Source: Escherichia coli
GTDB lineage: Bacteria > Pseudomonadota > Gammaproteobacteria > Enterobacterales > Enterobacteriaceae
Assembly (NCBI RefSeq): GCF_050920415.1
Contig: NZ_CP169309.1
DNA: 64,000 nt
Direction: 5' to 3' (one strand)
How positions within the stretch are numbered: position 1 is the stretch's first letter; each line of letters starts with the position of its first letter. Both the position numbers and the translations under genes were made by a program. Of the stretch, positions 1 through 10,302 are shown in pieces. The notes beneath the pieces were generated by a model, which saw only the letters and a list, made by a program, of their open reading frames with translations, was not told the origin of the DNA and did no database searches.

Positions 1-302
1 AACACCCGGAAGTAAAAACTGTATCCTATGACAGTTATCAAAATGCCTTTATCGACCTGAAAAATGGTCGTATTGATGGGGTATTTGGTGACACAGCGGT
101 GGTTAATGAATGGCTGAAAACCAATCCACAGCTGGGCGTTGCAACAGAGAAAGTAACCGACCCGCAGTACTTCGGCACCGGTCTGGGCATCGCTGTACGT
201 CCGGATAATAAAGCCCTGCTGGAAAAACTGAATAACGCACTGGCAGCGATTAAAGCAGATGGTACGTATCAGAAAATCAATGACCAGTGGTTCCCGCAGT
301 AA
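1..302 (+). CDS. artJ: Arginine ABC transporter periplasmic binding protein, 3' portion (5' end lies before the window)
   Basis: Open frame runs from window edge to TAA at 300-302; C-terminal peptide ...KADGTYQKINDQWFPQ matches my memory of ArtJ; synteny with rlmC. Confidence 0.85.
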   Translation, partial: HPEVKTVSYDSYQNAFIDLKNGRIDGVFGDTAVVNEWLKTNPQLGVATEKVTDPQYFGTGLGIAVRPDNKALLEKLNNALAAIKADGTYQKINDQWFPQ

Positions 303-454
303 TCGGGACTGATGACAAAAGTAAGATTGCCTGATGCGCTACGCTTATCAGGCCTACATTTACCCTGCAATGCATTGATTTAGCAAGATTTTGCAGGCCG
401 GACAAGGCGCTCACGCCGCATCCGACATGAACAACGCGCACCTTATCAGCAATC

Positions 455-480
455 TGAAGCCGCAGCCGCGGCTTTTTTAT
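455..480 (+). terminator. Rho-independent terminator between convergent artJ and rlmC
   Basis: GC hairpin AAGCCGCAGCCGCGGCTT followed by TTTTTTAT. Confidence 0.5.
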
Positions 481-1604
481 TGCTTCACCAACAGTGTCAG
501 CACTTCATAGTGCGCGGTGTGCGGGAACATATCAAAAAGCTGTACCCGTTCAATACGATAACCTGACAGTTCGCGGATATCTTTGGCCATCGTTTGGGCG
601 TTACAGCTGGAGTAGATGATAAAACGCGGAGCCATCGTTGAAAGATAATCACACAGCGGTTTACCAATGCCGCGGCGCGGCGGGTTAACCAGCACCAGCT
701 CCGGCACCTCCCCCTGAGCGGTGGCAAACTGAGTGGAGTCCAGCGCCTGAAATTGTAAACGCGTTAAGCCCAGTTCAGCGGCTGACTGCTTTGCACAGGC
801 AATGGCCTCTGGCGCAATTTCGATCCCGGTTAACTGCATGTCAGGCGTCGCGCAGTGTAAACCAAAGCCCCCCACACCGCAGAACAGATCCCACATATGT
901 TTAACCGGCAGCTGTCGTACCCAGTCGCGCGCGGTGGCGTACAACTGGCTGGCGACCGCCGGATTAGTCTGGAAGAAACTTTGCGGACGGATCCACAGCG
1001 GTACGTCATTAAAACGCTCTGCCAGCGCCTGTTGTTCGGTCAGGTAGATCTCCGTCTCCCCTTCCATAATCGCCATATGTACCGGCTGAATGTTGACGGT
1101 AATAACTTTCAGCTGCGGCAGTTGTGCCTGTAACCACGGTAGCGCCTTACGCAGTTGTGCCAGCTTGGTTTCGGAACGCAGTACAAAGCGCAGCATCATG
1201 CCACCATCGCTCTGGCTTTCAGTCAGCAGAATGTATTTCAGTTCGCCACGCTTACGCGCCACATTGTAGGGGGTTAGCCCCGCACGGGCGATAAACGGTT
1301 TTAGCGCCGCAAAAACGGGCGCAAATGAGGCAGGATAAAGCGGGCAATCGCAAAGGTCTTCTGGTGTGCCGTCGCGATGCAGCATACCGAGCAGTGGTTT
1401 TTCAACGCTACCACTCACCACCATTTTGGCTTTATTACGAAACCCTTGCTCCGGGCCTGACACCGGCGCGCACCATTCCTCAACCGAAAAGTCGGCGAGC
1501 AGATTTTTAAGATCGGCGGTTTTAGCGGAGAGTTGCTCTGGAATCAGCTGCGTTATCCACTGACAGGAACGACAGCGACCCGCGTCGTAAAGTGCGCACT
1601 GCAT
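477..1604 (-). CDS. rlmC: 23S rRNA (uracil747-C5)-methyltransferase
   Basis: 375-aa ORF; N-terminal Cys cluster ([14 protein letters not shown]) and SAM-MTase motifs; recognised as RlmC/RumB. Confidence 0.93.
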   Translation of the reverse strand: MQCALYDAGRCRSCQWITQLIPEQLSAKTADLKNLLADFSVEEWCAPVSGPEQGFRNKAKMVVSGSVEKPLLGMLHRDGTPEDLCDCPLYPASFAPVFAALKPFIARAGLTPYNVARKRGELKYILLTESQSDGGMMLRFVLRSETKLAQLRKALPWLQAQLPQLKVITVNIQPVHMAIMEGETEIYLTEQQALAERFNDVPLWIRPQSFFQTNPAVASQLYATARDWVRQLPVKHMWDLFCGVGGFGLHCATPDMQLTGIEIAPEAIACAKQSAAELGLTRLQFQALDSTQFATAQGEVPELVLVNPPRRGIGKPLCDYLSTMAPRFIIYSSCNAQTMAKDIRELSGYRIERVQLFDMFPHTAHYEVLTLLVKQ

Positions 1605-1644
1605 ACATTGACCTTCACATCATCAGGGGCGACGATTATACACA

Positions 1645-2133
1645 TTATTGCAACTGGAAGAACCGCCGACTGGTCGAGGGAACGAACAGTAGCAACAGGA
1701 TGAGCATATCCGGCAACTTCTGCAGCATCAGACTATGGAAGATTTCACGTTTTGATTCACCGGGAATGCTGAACAGCTCCGGATAACCATACCCCAGCGA
1801 AGCCGCCCACAAATAACTGGCGGCCGTGATTTGTGTCAACAGATACAGCCAGCGCGCCCAGCGACGCCCTTTCACCAGTGAAAACGCACACCAGATCTCA
1901 ATGAAAACCAGCACCAGGCTGCTTAAAAAGACCAGTGTTAAACTCCAGGTTTGTACACTGCGATGAATGAACTCGCCAATACCGCGCACGCCCAGCGTAT
2001 TGAAAATCATCAGCACGTCGAGGCCACGGATCATAATAATGGCGAGCGCCGCCACCTGCACCAGCGCAGGCACATTCAGGCGAGCATGAGATGAAGATGT
2101 TTTCTTAAAAAATCCCAACGTTTCGTCTTCCAT
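1645..2133 (-). CDS. ybjO: Inner membrane protein YbjO
   Basis: 162-aa hydrophobic ORF matching recalled YbjO; synteny. Confidence 0.88.
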   Translation of the reverse strand: MEDETLGFFKKTSSSHARLNVPALVQVAALAIIMIRGLDVLMIFNTLGVRGIGEFIHRSVQTWSLTLVFLSSLVLVFIEIWCAFSLVKGRRWARWLYLLTQITAASYLWAASLGYGYPELFSIPGESKREIFHSLMLQKLPDMLILLLLFVPSTSRRFFQLQ

Positions 2134-2192
2134 GAAAACAATGCCGCGACATGCGCGGCATTATGTAGCCAGGTTGGCAAATTTTAGTGTCT

Positions 2193-3038
2193 TCAGCCAC
2201 GTCTTGCACGCTGGATGTCGCGTATCCGCTGTTTTTCTGCACGCGCCATCAGATACCAGGCGATAAATCCGACAATTCCGACCGCGCCGAGGATCAATGT
2301 TGCCAGGGCGTTGATTTCCGGATTCACCCCCATCCGCACGCTGGAGAAGACCAGCATCGGTAACGTGGTGGCTCCTGGCCCGGAAACAAAGCTGGCAATC
2401 ACCAGATCGTCGAGCGACAGAGTAAAAGCCAGTAACCAGCCAGAAATGATCGCGGGCATGATCATCGGTAGCGTAATGACGAAAAACACTTTCAGCGGCG
2501 TCGCACCGAGATCCATCGCTGCTTCTTCAATGGAACGGTCCAGCTCCCGCAGACGCGACGAAATAACGACTGCCACATAAGCCGTACAGAAAGTGACATG
2601 CGCCAGCCAGATGGTGAGCATGCCTCGCTCCGCAGGCCAGCCGATGGCATGTGCAAGTGCGACAAATAACAACAACAGCGACAAGCCCGTGATGACATCT
2701 GGCATCACCAGCGGCGCGGTGATCATAAAGGCAAAACCATTTGATCCGCGAAACCTGCCAAAGCGCACCAGCACGACCGCCGCAATCGTCCCGAGGATCG
2801 CCGCCGCCGTTGCCGCACAGGCAGCTATTGTCAGGCTTAAACCAACCGCGCTCATCATCGCGTCATCACGCAGTAATTCGCCATACCAGCGCGTTGACCA
2901 GCCCGCCCACACCGTCACCAGCTTCGAGCTGTTAAACGAATAGATAACCAGCATCAGCATTGGCGCGTAGAGAAAGGTGAAGCCCAACAGCAAAATCACA
3001 ATTCGCCAGGGCGAACGAACCACCGGTAAATTATTCAT
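2193..3038 (-). CDS. potI: Putrescine ABC transporter permease PotI
   Basis: ORF track gives 295 aa; internal start MNNLPVV gives the expected 281 aa and an ATGA overlap with the potH stop. Confidence 0.92.
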   Translation of the reverse strand: MNNLPVVRSPWRIVILLLGFTFLYAPMLMLVIYSFNSSKLVTVWAGWSTRWYGELLRDDAMMSAVGLSLTIAACAATAAAILGTIAAVVLVRFGRFRGSNGFAFMITAPLVMPDVITGLSLLLLFVALAHAIGWPAERGMLTIWLAHVTFCTAYVAVVISSRLRELDRSIEEAAMDLGATPLKVFFVITLPMIMPAIISGWLLAFTLSLDDLVIASFVSGPGATTLPMLVFSSVRMGVNPEINALATLILGAVGIVGFIAWYLMARAEKQRIRDIQRARRG

Positions 3039-3988
3039 CCGTGTTCTCCCACGCTTTTTTGCTGATGCTTGTGGAACCACATTATCGGCACAATTAGCAG
3101 CAACAACATGATGATCGCCACTGCCGAGGCCACCGGCCAGTCACGGTTGTTAAAGAACTCCTGCCACAGCACGCGTCCGATCATGATGCTATCCGGACCG
3201 CCGAGCAGCTCCGGGATTACAAACTCGCCCACAGCCGGGATAAACACCAGCATCGATCCGGCAATAATCCCGCCTTTGGTCAGCGGCACGATCACAGTAA
3301 AGAACGTTTTCAGCGGTCGTGCACCGAGATCCAGTGCCGCTTCCACCAGCGAATAATCAATACGAATCAACGCGGTATAAATCGGCAGCACCATAAACGG
3401 CACGTAGGCGTAAACAATGCCAATATAAACGGCCAGGTTGGTATGCAGAATGGTCAGCGGCTGGTCGATAACCCCCAGCCACAGCAGAAAATTATTCAGC
3501 ACGCCGTTATTTTTTAATATTCCCATCCAGGCATAAACGCGGATCAGAAACGAGGTCCACGACGGCAGGATCACCAGCAGCAATAAGATATTGCGGGTCG
3601 AAGGCTTACTGTGCGCCACCGCCCACGCCAGCGGATAGCCGATCAGTAAACAACAAATTGTCGAAATCGCCGCTACCTGTAACGACTGGAGATATGCATC
3701 GAAATAGAGCGGATCGTCAGTCAGTTGCAGGAAATTACCAAGATTGAGGGTGATGGAAAGTTGCCCGTCAGCCCACTCCATCAGTTCGGTATAAGGTGGA
3801 ATAGCGCGCGCCATCTCCGCCAGACTTATTTTAAAGACGATCAGAAATGGCAGCAGAAACAGCAAGATCAACCAGATATACGGCAACGCAATGACCAGTT
3901 TGCGCCCATGCTTCATTTGCAGCTGCGACAACCACAGCTTAAATCCGCCCGGCGGTTTCGACTGGGCAGCAGGTTCAAGTGTACTCAT
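3035..3988 (-). CDS. potH: Putrescine ABC transporter permease PotH
   Basis: 317-aa multi-TM ORF matching recalled PotH; operon context. Confidence 0.94.
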   Translation of the reverse strand: MSTLEPAAQSKPPGGFKLWLSQLQMKHGRKLVIALPYIWLILLFLLPFLIVFKISLAEMARAIPPYTELMEWADGQLSITLNLGNFLQLTDDPLYFDAYLQSLQVAAISTICCLLIGYPLAWAVAHSKPSTRNILLLLVILPSWTSFLIRVYAWMGILKNNGVLNNFLLWLGVIDQPLTILHTNLAVYIGIVYAYVPFMVLPIYTALIRIDYSLVEAALDLGARPLKTFFTVIVPLTKGGIIAGSMLVFIPAVGEFVIPELLGGPDSIMIGRVLWQEFFNNRDWPVASAVAIIMLLLLIVPIMWFHKHQQKSVGEHG

Positions 3989-3997
3989 CTTTGCTCC

Positions 3998-5131
3998 TTA
4001 AACCGTCAACACCACACAGCTGTCCACTTCCCAGCACAAACGCACTTCGTCGCCCCAGGTCGGTAACCCTTTGCGATAACGATGGGCGTTTTGTAGCTGG
4101 GCGCTAATCATCTGCCCGCTTTTTAGACGAACGTGATACACCGAAAGATCGCCGAGATAGGCAATGTGCATCACCTCCCCTACCGCGAAGTTACAACCAT
4201 TGGCGGGCGGCTCCTCGCAGAGCATGATTTTTTCCGGACGCAGCGCCACATGCACCGGCACGTTATCGACCACCGAAGCATCTACATCAACTTTCAGTGG
4301 ATGCACCAGCCCCGGCGAATAAAGCACCAGACCATCTTCCTGACGCTCTTTGAGTACACCTTCAAAGACGTTTACCGAACCGATAAATTCAGCGCTATAG
4401 CGGGTGGTCGGATGCTCGTAGATCTCTTCCGGCTCGCCAATCTGGACAAATTTCCCACGATTCATAATGGCGATACGCCCCGCCATGGTCATCGCCTCTT
4501 CCTGATCGTGGGTGACCATCACACAAGTCACACCAACGCGCTCCAGAATATCCACCACTTCAAGCTGCATCCGGTCACGCAATTTTTTATCCAGCGCGCC
4601 CATCGGCTCGTCGAGCAGTAATAGTTTTGGGCGCTTGGCAAGGCTTCGGGCCAGTGCCACACGCTGTCGCTGACCGCCGGAAAGCTGATGCGGTTTGCGT
4701 TTGGCGAACTCCTGCATATGCACCAGCCCAAGCATCTCATTGACCCGGCTGGCAATTTCTGCTTTCGGCAGCTTGTCCTGTTTCAGGCCAAAGGCGATGT
4801 TCTGCTCCACGGTCATATGCGGAAACAGCGCGTAAGACTGAAACATCATATTGATAGGGCGCAGGTAAGGCGGCACCTGTGATAAATCGACGCCATCGAG
4901 CATAATCTGCCCGGCAGAAGGTTGTTCGAAACCTGCCAGCATACGCAGCAGCGTGGACTTGCCACAGCCGGATGCGCCCAGCAGCGCGAAGATTTCGCCT
5001 TTATAGATGGTCAGGCTGACATCATCGACCGCATGCTGACCATCGTAAGATTTAGTCAGATTACGGATTTCTAATAGCGGCGTCAGCGCCTTACGGGTTT
5101 TCGCCTGGGGGCGAGGGATAGCGTCATTCAC
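3998..5131 (-). CDS. potG: Putrescine ABC transporter ATP-binding protein PotG (GTG start)
   Basis: Walker A GASGCGKST, LSGGQRQR signature; recalled 377-aa PotG begins at VNDAIPRPQ, which is GTG at 5129-5131; the 404-aa track ORF is an upstream extension. Confidence 0.92.
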   Translation of the reverse strand: MNDAIPRPQAKTRKALTPLLEIRNLTKSYDGQHAVDDVSLTIYKGEIFALLGASGCGKSTLLRMLAGFEQPSAGQIMLDGVDLSQVPPYLRPINMMFQSYALFPHMTVEQNIAFGLKQDKLPKAEIASRVNEMLGLVHMQEFAKRKPHQLSGGQRQRVALARSLAKRPKLLLLDEPMGALDKKLRDRMQLEVVDILERVGVTCVMVTHDQEEAMTMAGRIAIMNRGKFVQIGEPEEIYEHPTTRYSAEFIGSVNVFEGVLKERQEDGLVLYSPGLVHPLKVDVDASVVDNVPVHVALRPEKIMLCEEPPANGCNFAVGEVMHIAYLGDLSVYHVRLKSGQMISAQLQNAHRYRKGLPTWGDEVRLCWEVDSCVVLTV

Positions 5132-5225
5132 GGCTGCTCTCCGGCATTGAATGTGTGCAAGCGCACCCTGATGGTGCGAATTGCCGGCGGGTGTGGTGCG
5201 CCCGTCCGGCATCTACGGCTGCGGA

Positions 5226-6338
5226 TTATTTTCCGCTCTTCACTTTGGTCCACGCGCGGGTGCGCACACGGTCGATTTTCGGATCCTGCACTTTCAGAGT
5301 GAACAGCTTCGCACGGACATCCGCAGGCGGGTAAATACCGGGGTTATCACGCACTTCCGCGCTTACCAGCGGCGTAGCTTCTTTGTTCGCGTTGGCATAG
5401 AACACATGGTCAGAGATATGCGCTACGACATCCGGACGCAGCAGGTAATTCAGGAACTGATAAGCTTCGTCTTTATTTTTGGCATCCGCAGGCATGGCAA
5501 ATACATCAAAGAATGCCATCGCCCCTTCTTTCGGAATCGAGAACGAGACATTAACGCCATTCTTCGCTTCCTTCGCGCGGTTTGACGCCTGCCAGACATC
5601 GCCCGCCCAGCCAATAGCGACGCAGATATCGCCGTTTGCCAGGTCGTTAATGTATTGAGATGAATGGAAATAACGAATGTTCGGGCGCAGCTTTAACAGC
5701 AGATCGGTTGCCGGTCCGGTGTAATCATCTGCTTTAGTGCTGTTGGGATCTTTACCGAGATAATTCAGCACGGTAGCAAACACTTCTTCCGGTGCATCAA
5801 GGAAAGAGACGCCGCAGCTTTTCAGTTTTTCCAGATTTTCAGGTTTGAGGATCAAGTCCCAGCTATCGACGGGCGCGTTTTCGCCCAGCACCGCTTTAAC
5901 TTTATCGACGTTATAACCAATCCCGGTCGTCGCCCACATATAGGGCATAGCAAATTTATTGTCGGGATCGTGTTTGGCGACCAACTTCAGCAGTTCCGGG
6001 TCGAGATTCTTCCACTCCGGCAATTTGCTTTTATCCAGCGGCTGGAAAACTCCCGCAGTCAACTGGCGCTCCAGAAAGCTGGCAGATGGAACCACCAGGT
6101 CAAAGCCGGTGCTCCCTGCCATTAATTTGCCTTCCAGTACTTCGTTAGAGTCGAAAACATCGTAGACGACTTTAATACCGGTTTCTTTTTCAAAATTGGC
6201 CACCGTGTCCGGGGCGATATAATCAGACCAGTTATAAATGTGGAGTGTTTTTTGTTCAGCCGCGAGCGTGCCGACAGAGACGGCCATCAGAGCACCCGCA
6301 ACCAGACCCGATAGCCATTTTTTATTTAAGGCGGTCAT
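5226..6338 (-). CDS. potF: Putrescine-binding periplasmic protein PotF
   Basis: Internal start MTALNKKWLSG with signal peptide gives 370 aa; the track ORF has a 50-aa N-terminal extension. Confidence 0.94.
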   Translation of the reverse strand: MTALNKKWLSGLVAGALMAVSVGTLAAEQKTLHIYNWSDYIAPDTVANFEKETGIKVVYDVFDSNEVLEGKLMAGSTGFDLVVPSASFLERQLTAGVFQPLDKSKLPEWKNLDPELLKLVAKHDPDNKFAMPYMWATTGIGYNVDKVKAVLGENAPVDSWDLILKPENLEKLKSCGVSFLDAPEEVFATVLNYLGKDPNSTKADDYTGPATDLLLKLRPNIRYFHSSQYINDLANGDICVAIGWAGDVWQASNRAKEAKNGVNVSFSIPKEGAMAFFDVFAMPADAKNKDEAYQFLNYLLRPDVVAHISDHVFYANANKEATPLVSAEVRDNPGIYPPADVRAKLFTLKVQDPKIDRVRTRAWTKVKSGK

Positions 6339-6624
6339 ATCTCTTTCCTTCTGAAAGTTCGTTAACAAACGAACAAAAGTTGTCACACTGAAAGATATGC
6401 AATATTCGTGCATATTTTTTATCGGCTCGGTGTAAGAAAAGAGAACTCTCTCCCGGCCAGCACTGCTCGCTATATAAAAGCATCGCAAGAATAACTTTAG
6501 CCAGGGTTTGAGACTATAGCTCGGATTAAAAAACGGTATTTAACAAATTTTTATGCGTATTTGCTCTATGTGATAAAGCCAAATCGGCACAAGAGAAGTG
6601 AAATAATCTTTAAGAAAAGGTTAA

Positions 6625-6680
6625 AAACAGCAGATAATTTTGCAGCACGCAGTCACTGCGGCAGCGACTGCGTGCTCGAA
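6625..6680 (-). terminator. Putative terminator hairpin downstream of ybjN
   Basis: Near-perfect 16-bp inverted repeat AGCACGCAGTCACTGC / GCAGCGACTGCGTGCT at 6643-6676, followed on the minus strand by a T-rich stretch. Confidence 0.4.
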
Positions 6681-6688
6681 AGGAGTTA

Positions 6689-7165
6689 TCAGTGGAGGAA
6701 ATAGTTTTCGGTAACGTTGTTTTGCCCTTCATCGTCAGTCGGTAACAGCAGTTGATGGGCATTAGCTTCAAGAATGACCATCGAAATCTGCTCTTCGCTC
6801 TGACGCACGAACCATGCAAACTGCTCATAGGTTACGCCCTGCATAACGGATAAAGACTGGCAAACCACCAGCTTTGGCAGATTATCATCCTGCATATCAA
6901 GAAATGCTTTCACGGTCAGCGAACTGGCATTGATGGCTGATAAATCCGCCGCCAGCGGTAACACGGCTGAAGGTCGAACTTCCGCCATGGCAGAAAACAG
7001 GATCGTGTTATCGATCAGATCGATTTTGGCATCAAAGACACCGTCGAAATTCTGCATATGGGGCAGATGCAGAGCCTGACAGTTATCACATTCAAAAAAA
7101 CTCATCCCCAGGTCATCGAGCCATTGACGCAGCGTATCCAGACCAGGAACGACCAGCGATGTCAT
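6689..7165 (-). CDS. ybjN: YbjN, putative sensory transduction regulator
   Basis: Internal start MTSLVVPGLD gives 158 aa matching recalled YbjN. Confidence 0.9.
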   Translation of the reverse strand: MTSLVVPGLDTLRQWLDDLGMSFFECDNCQALHLPHMQNFDGVFDAKIDLIDNTILFSAMAEVRPSAVLPLAADLSAINASSLTVKAFLDMQDDNLPKLVVCQSLSVMQGVTYEQFAWFVRQSEEQISMVILEANAHQLLLPTDDEGQNNVTENYFLH

Positions 7166-7252
7166 AATTTTGTACAACCTCTTTCGATAAAAAGACCGGC
7201 ACAGCTTACGCAAAAAGCGCAGGCAAAACCATGATCAGTAATGTGATTGCGA

Positions 7253-8155
7253 CTAACCACCCGTTTTCAGGCAATATTCGGTCGTAGCGTGGCGTTCGAT
7301 CCAGCGGATCATTTTACCCGCGATGTCAATACCGGTGGTTTTTTCTATTCCTTCCAGCCCCGGCGACGCATTCACCTCCATCACCAATGGCCCGCGATTA
7401 GCACGCAGAATATCCACACCAGCAACGTCCAGCGCCATCGTTCGCGCGGCTTTTATCGCGATTTCACGCTCCTGTGGTGTGATACTGGCAACGCTTGCCG
7501 CGCCACCTCGATGCAAATTGGAACGAAAATCGCCCTCTTTCGCCCGCCGTTCAATCGCAGCGACCACTTCATCGCCAACAACCAGGCAGCGGATATCGCA
7601 CCCTTGCGCCTCTTTGATATATTCCTGCACCAGAATATGCGCGTTCAGACCGCGAAAGGCGTCAATCACGCTTTCCGCCGCCTGACGCGTCTCCGCCAGC
7701 ACGACACCAATTCCCTGCGTACCTTCAACCAGCTTAACCACCAGCGGCGCACCACCGACCATGTCGATTAAATCGCTGGTATCATCCGGCGAATGCGCAA
7801 TGCCCGTGACAGGCAGGTCGATGCCCTGACGCGCCAGCAGTTGCATCGAACGCAATTTGTCACGCGCCCGGGCAATGGCGACCGACTCATTGAGCGGATA
7901 GCTCCCCAGCATCTCGAACTGGCGCAGTGCCGCCGTCCCATAAAAGGTAATGGCGGTGCCAATACGCGGGATCACAGCGTCAAAATGGGGTAACTTGCGG
8001 CCTTTGTAGTGAATAGAAGACGCCGCAGGATTTATGTTCATGTAGCAAGAAAGCGGATCAAGAATTTCAACCAGGTGACCACGCTGTACAGCGGCTTCAC
8101 GCAGCCGCTTACACGAATAGAGCGTTCCATCCCGGGACAATATGGCAATTTTCAC
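7253..8155 (-). CDS. rimK: Ribosomal protein S6 glutamate ligase RimK (ATP-grasp)
   Basis: 300-aa ORF starting [10 protein letters not shown]; ATP-grasp motifs; matches recalled RimK. Confidence 0.95.
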   Translation of the reverse strand: MKIAILSRDGTLYSCKRLREAAVQRGHLVEILDPLSCYMNINPAASSIHYKGRKLPHFDAVIPRIGTAITFYGTAALRQFEMLGSYPLNESVAIARARDKLRSMQLLARQGIDLPVTGIAHSPDDTSDLIDMVGGAPLVVKLVEGTQGIGVVLAETRQAAESVIDAFRGLNAHILVQEYIKEAQGCDIRCLVVGDEVVAAIERRAKEGDFRSNLHRGGAASVASITPQEREIAIKAARTMALDVAGVDILRANRGPLVMEVNASPGLEGIEKTTGIDIAGKMIRWIERHATTEYCLKTGG

Positions 8156-8215
8156 CCTGCACCTCTCTGTCAGACCTGGTCAAAAGCCCGCGTATCATAC
8201 ATCGATGTGGCGGTT

Positions 8216-8938
8216 TTAGCGCGTCGCCCAACCCTGTTTGTGCAAATAATCCAGAATAAATGGGCGGCTTTCTTTAATGATTGTTCGGCGGATATGATCG
8301 CTCCAGGTATCCCTGCGATTATTGCTGCCACGGGTGAGGTAATATTCCGCCAGTTGTTCGTCATACTGCGCCAGTGCGTCTTTATCCAGCGGTTGATAGC
8401 TGTTTTCGTGCACCAAAATGGAAGCCGGTAAACGCGGCTTAAGATCTGGATTATCCGCAGGCCAGCCAAGGCACAGCCCAAACAGCGGCAGAACATGCTG
8501 CGGTAATTTCAGCAGTTCCGTCACCGCTTCAATATTATTGCGCAGGCCGCCGATATATACCCCGCCCAATCCCAGCGATTCCGCTGCGGTTAACGCATTC
8601 TGCGCCATCATTGCCGTATCAACGACACCGAGCAACAGTTGTTCCGCCAGGCCAAGTTGTGCATCCGGACAGATCTGTAAATGGCGGTTAAAGTCGGCAC
8701 AGAACACCCAAAACTCCGCCGCTTTCGCTACGTGTTTTTGCCCGCCGGTCAGCGTCACCAGTTCATCACGTAACGCTTTGTCGGTAATGCGAATAATGCT
8801 ACTGCACTGCAAAAAACTGGAACTGGACGTCGCACGGGCGCTGTTAATAATCGCCTCACGCTGCGCTTCGGAAATGGGTTCATCAGTGAAATGGCGAATG
8901 GAGCGATGGCCACAAATAAGTTCAATGGTTGGCGTCAT
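8216..8938 (-). CDS. nfsA: Oxygen-insensitive NADPH nitroreductase NfsA
   Basis: 240-aa ORF starting MTPTIELICGHRSIRHF matching recalled NfsA. Confidence 0.95.
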   Translation of the reverse strand: MTPTIELICGHRSIRHFTDEPISEAQREAIINSARATSSSSFLQCSSIIRITDKALRDELVTLTGGQKHVAKAAEFWVFCADFNRHLQICPDAQLGLAEQLLLGVVDTAMMAQNALTAAESLGLGGVYIGGLRNNIEAVTELLKLPQHVLPLFGLCLGWPADNPDLKPRLPASILVHENSYQPLDKDALAQYDEQLAEYYLTRGSNNRRDTWSDHIRRTIIKESRPFILDYLHKQGWATR

Positions 8939-9209
8939 TATCTTTTTCTCTTTCTGAACGTGAATATTGCGGTGGACGGTTCATCAGCTGTGGGGCAAGA
9001 CGTTTTGCCACCTGAAGAATAACCACCACCGCAGCGGGAAGCATGAGCAAAACACCGAGAAAAATCATCAGAATCTGCACCTCTGGCCGAGAAAATGGCT
9101 CAGGCAGCGACAGGGAGCCGCTTACCGACAGCAGCGCCACCGCCAGCAACATCATTCCGATAAATTCCAGTATCAACACGCTTTTAGGCAATTTACCGAT
9201 CGCGCGCAT
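8922..9209 (-). CDS. ybjC: Small membrane protein YbjC
   Basis: 95-aa ORF with TM segment; 17-nt overlap with nfsA start; matches recalled YbjC. Confidence 0.85.
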   Translation of the reverse strand: MRAIGKLPKSVLILEFIGMMLLAVALLSVSGSLSLPEPFSRPEVQILMIFLGVLLMLPAAVVVILQVAKRLAPQLMNRPPQYSRSEREKDNDANH

Positions 9210-9368
9210 ACGCTTCCCTCTGCAAAGTGAGCCTTCAGTCTAAAACTTTTCACTGTACTGTGTTTAACAGTTATAGCTTTTAGCAATTAATGCAACAGGT
9301 TAAACCTACTTTCAGCGAATACATTTTAGCGTGATCATTACAGGCATAAGTCTATGAGGAGAGAAACA

Positions 9369-9626
9369 ATGCAAACCGTTATTTTTGGTCGTCCGGGTTG
9401 CCCTTACTGTGTGCGCGCAAAAGATCTGGCTGAGAAGTTGAGCAATGAACGCGATGATTTTCAGTATCAGTATATAGATATTCGTGCGGAAGGGATCACT
9501 AAAGAAGATCTACAACAAAAGGCAGGTAAACCCGTAGAAACCGTGCCGCAGATTTTTGTCGATCAGCAACATATCGGCGGCTATACCGATTTTGCTGCAT
9601 GGGTGAAAGAGAATCTGGACGCCTGA
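9369..9626 (+). CDS. grxA: Glutaredoxin 1
   Basis: Start MQTVIFGRPGCPYC with CPYC active site; 85 aa; the track ORF is 5 codons longer. Confidence 0.94.
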   Translation: MQTVIFGRPGCPYCVRAKDLAEKLSNERDDFQYQYIDIRAEGITKEDLQQKAGKPVETVPQIFVDQQHIGGYTDFAAWVKENLDA

Positions 9627-9630
9627 GCGT

Positions 9631-9668
9631 CTGACAAGCCCTCGTGTTGAGGGCTTAATTAATTTTTT
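9631..9668. terminator. Bidirectional terminator between grxA and ybjM
   Basis: Hairpin AAGCCCTCGTGTTGAGGGCTT followed by AATTAATTTTTT. Confidence 0.5.
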
Positions 9669-10033
9669 CTGTGCTGTGATTTAAACAAACTGCTGATAAA
9701 TAAGAAACACAATGCCCCCAACGCACACCAGAACACCGCACTTAATAACCATGCCAGCTCTTGCCAGAATGAGCGCGTTGGTGAAAAAAACAGCCGCATT
9801 ATGAGCATCGAACAGGGTGCCGCCAGCATTGCGCCAAACAGAGGTTTCAGGACTTCTCTACGCTGTGAAAAGAAGCTGGCAACCGCTCCAGGAAGAATGA
9901 AAAACAGCAAACCAATTTCAGGATGCCCGGCAGCCCGAAAAGCGCCTTTCATGTGCGTCGCCAGAAAAAGGCACACCACAATGAAGAGGACAAAACAGCA
10001 GATTGCCCCCGCCCAACGTTGTTTATGTTTCAC
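9659..10033 (-). CDS. ybjM: Inner membrane protein YbjM
   Basis: 124-aa hydrophobic ORF; synteny and recalled sequence. Confidence 0.85.
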   Translation of the reverse strand: MKHKQRWAGAICCFVLFIVVCLFLATHMKGAFRAAGHPEIGLLFFILPGAVASFFSQRREVLKPLFGAMLAAPCSMLIMRLFFSPTRSFWQELAWLLSAVFWCALGALCFLFISSLFKSQHRKN

Positions 10034-10302
10034 TCGTTCCTCCTGACACTGCGTCTATCGAACACATTTTTCGCCAGTGTGGCGTTCAGTAAGATAAAGC
10101 CGCTTCGCATTCCATGCTAATATAGGCCAACGCAATTCATATAGCCGTTGATACCTAATGTGATTACACTAGTAAAATATATTGTTACTTTACTATCGTT
10201 TAGGTGCGCTGAATGAATCTGCGCCCTGAATTCTGGTAAAAAACATTATCGTAAATTACCATTTCTTTCAACAGCTTACTAGTAAACAAGAAGTTAGTCT
10301 CC

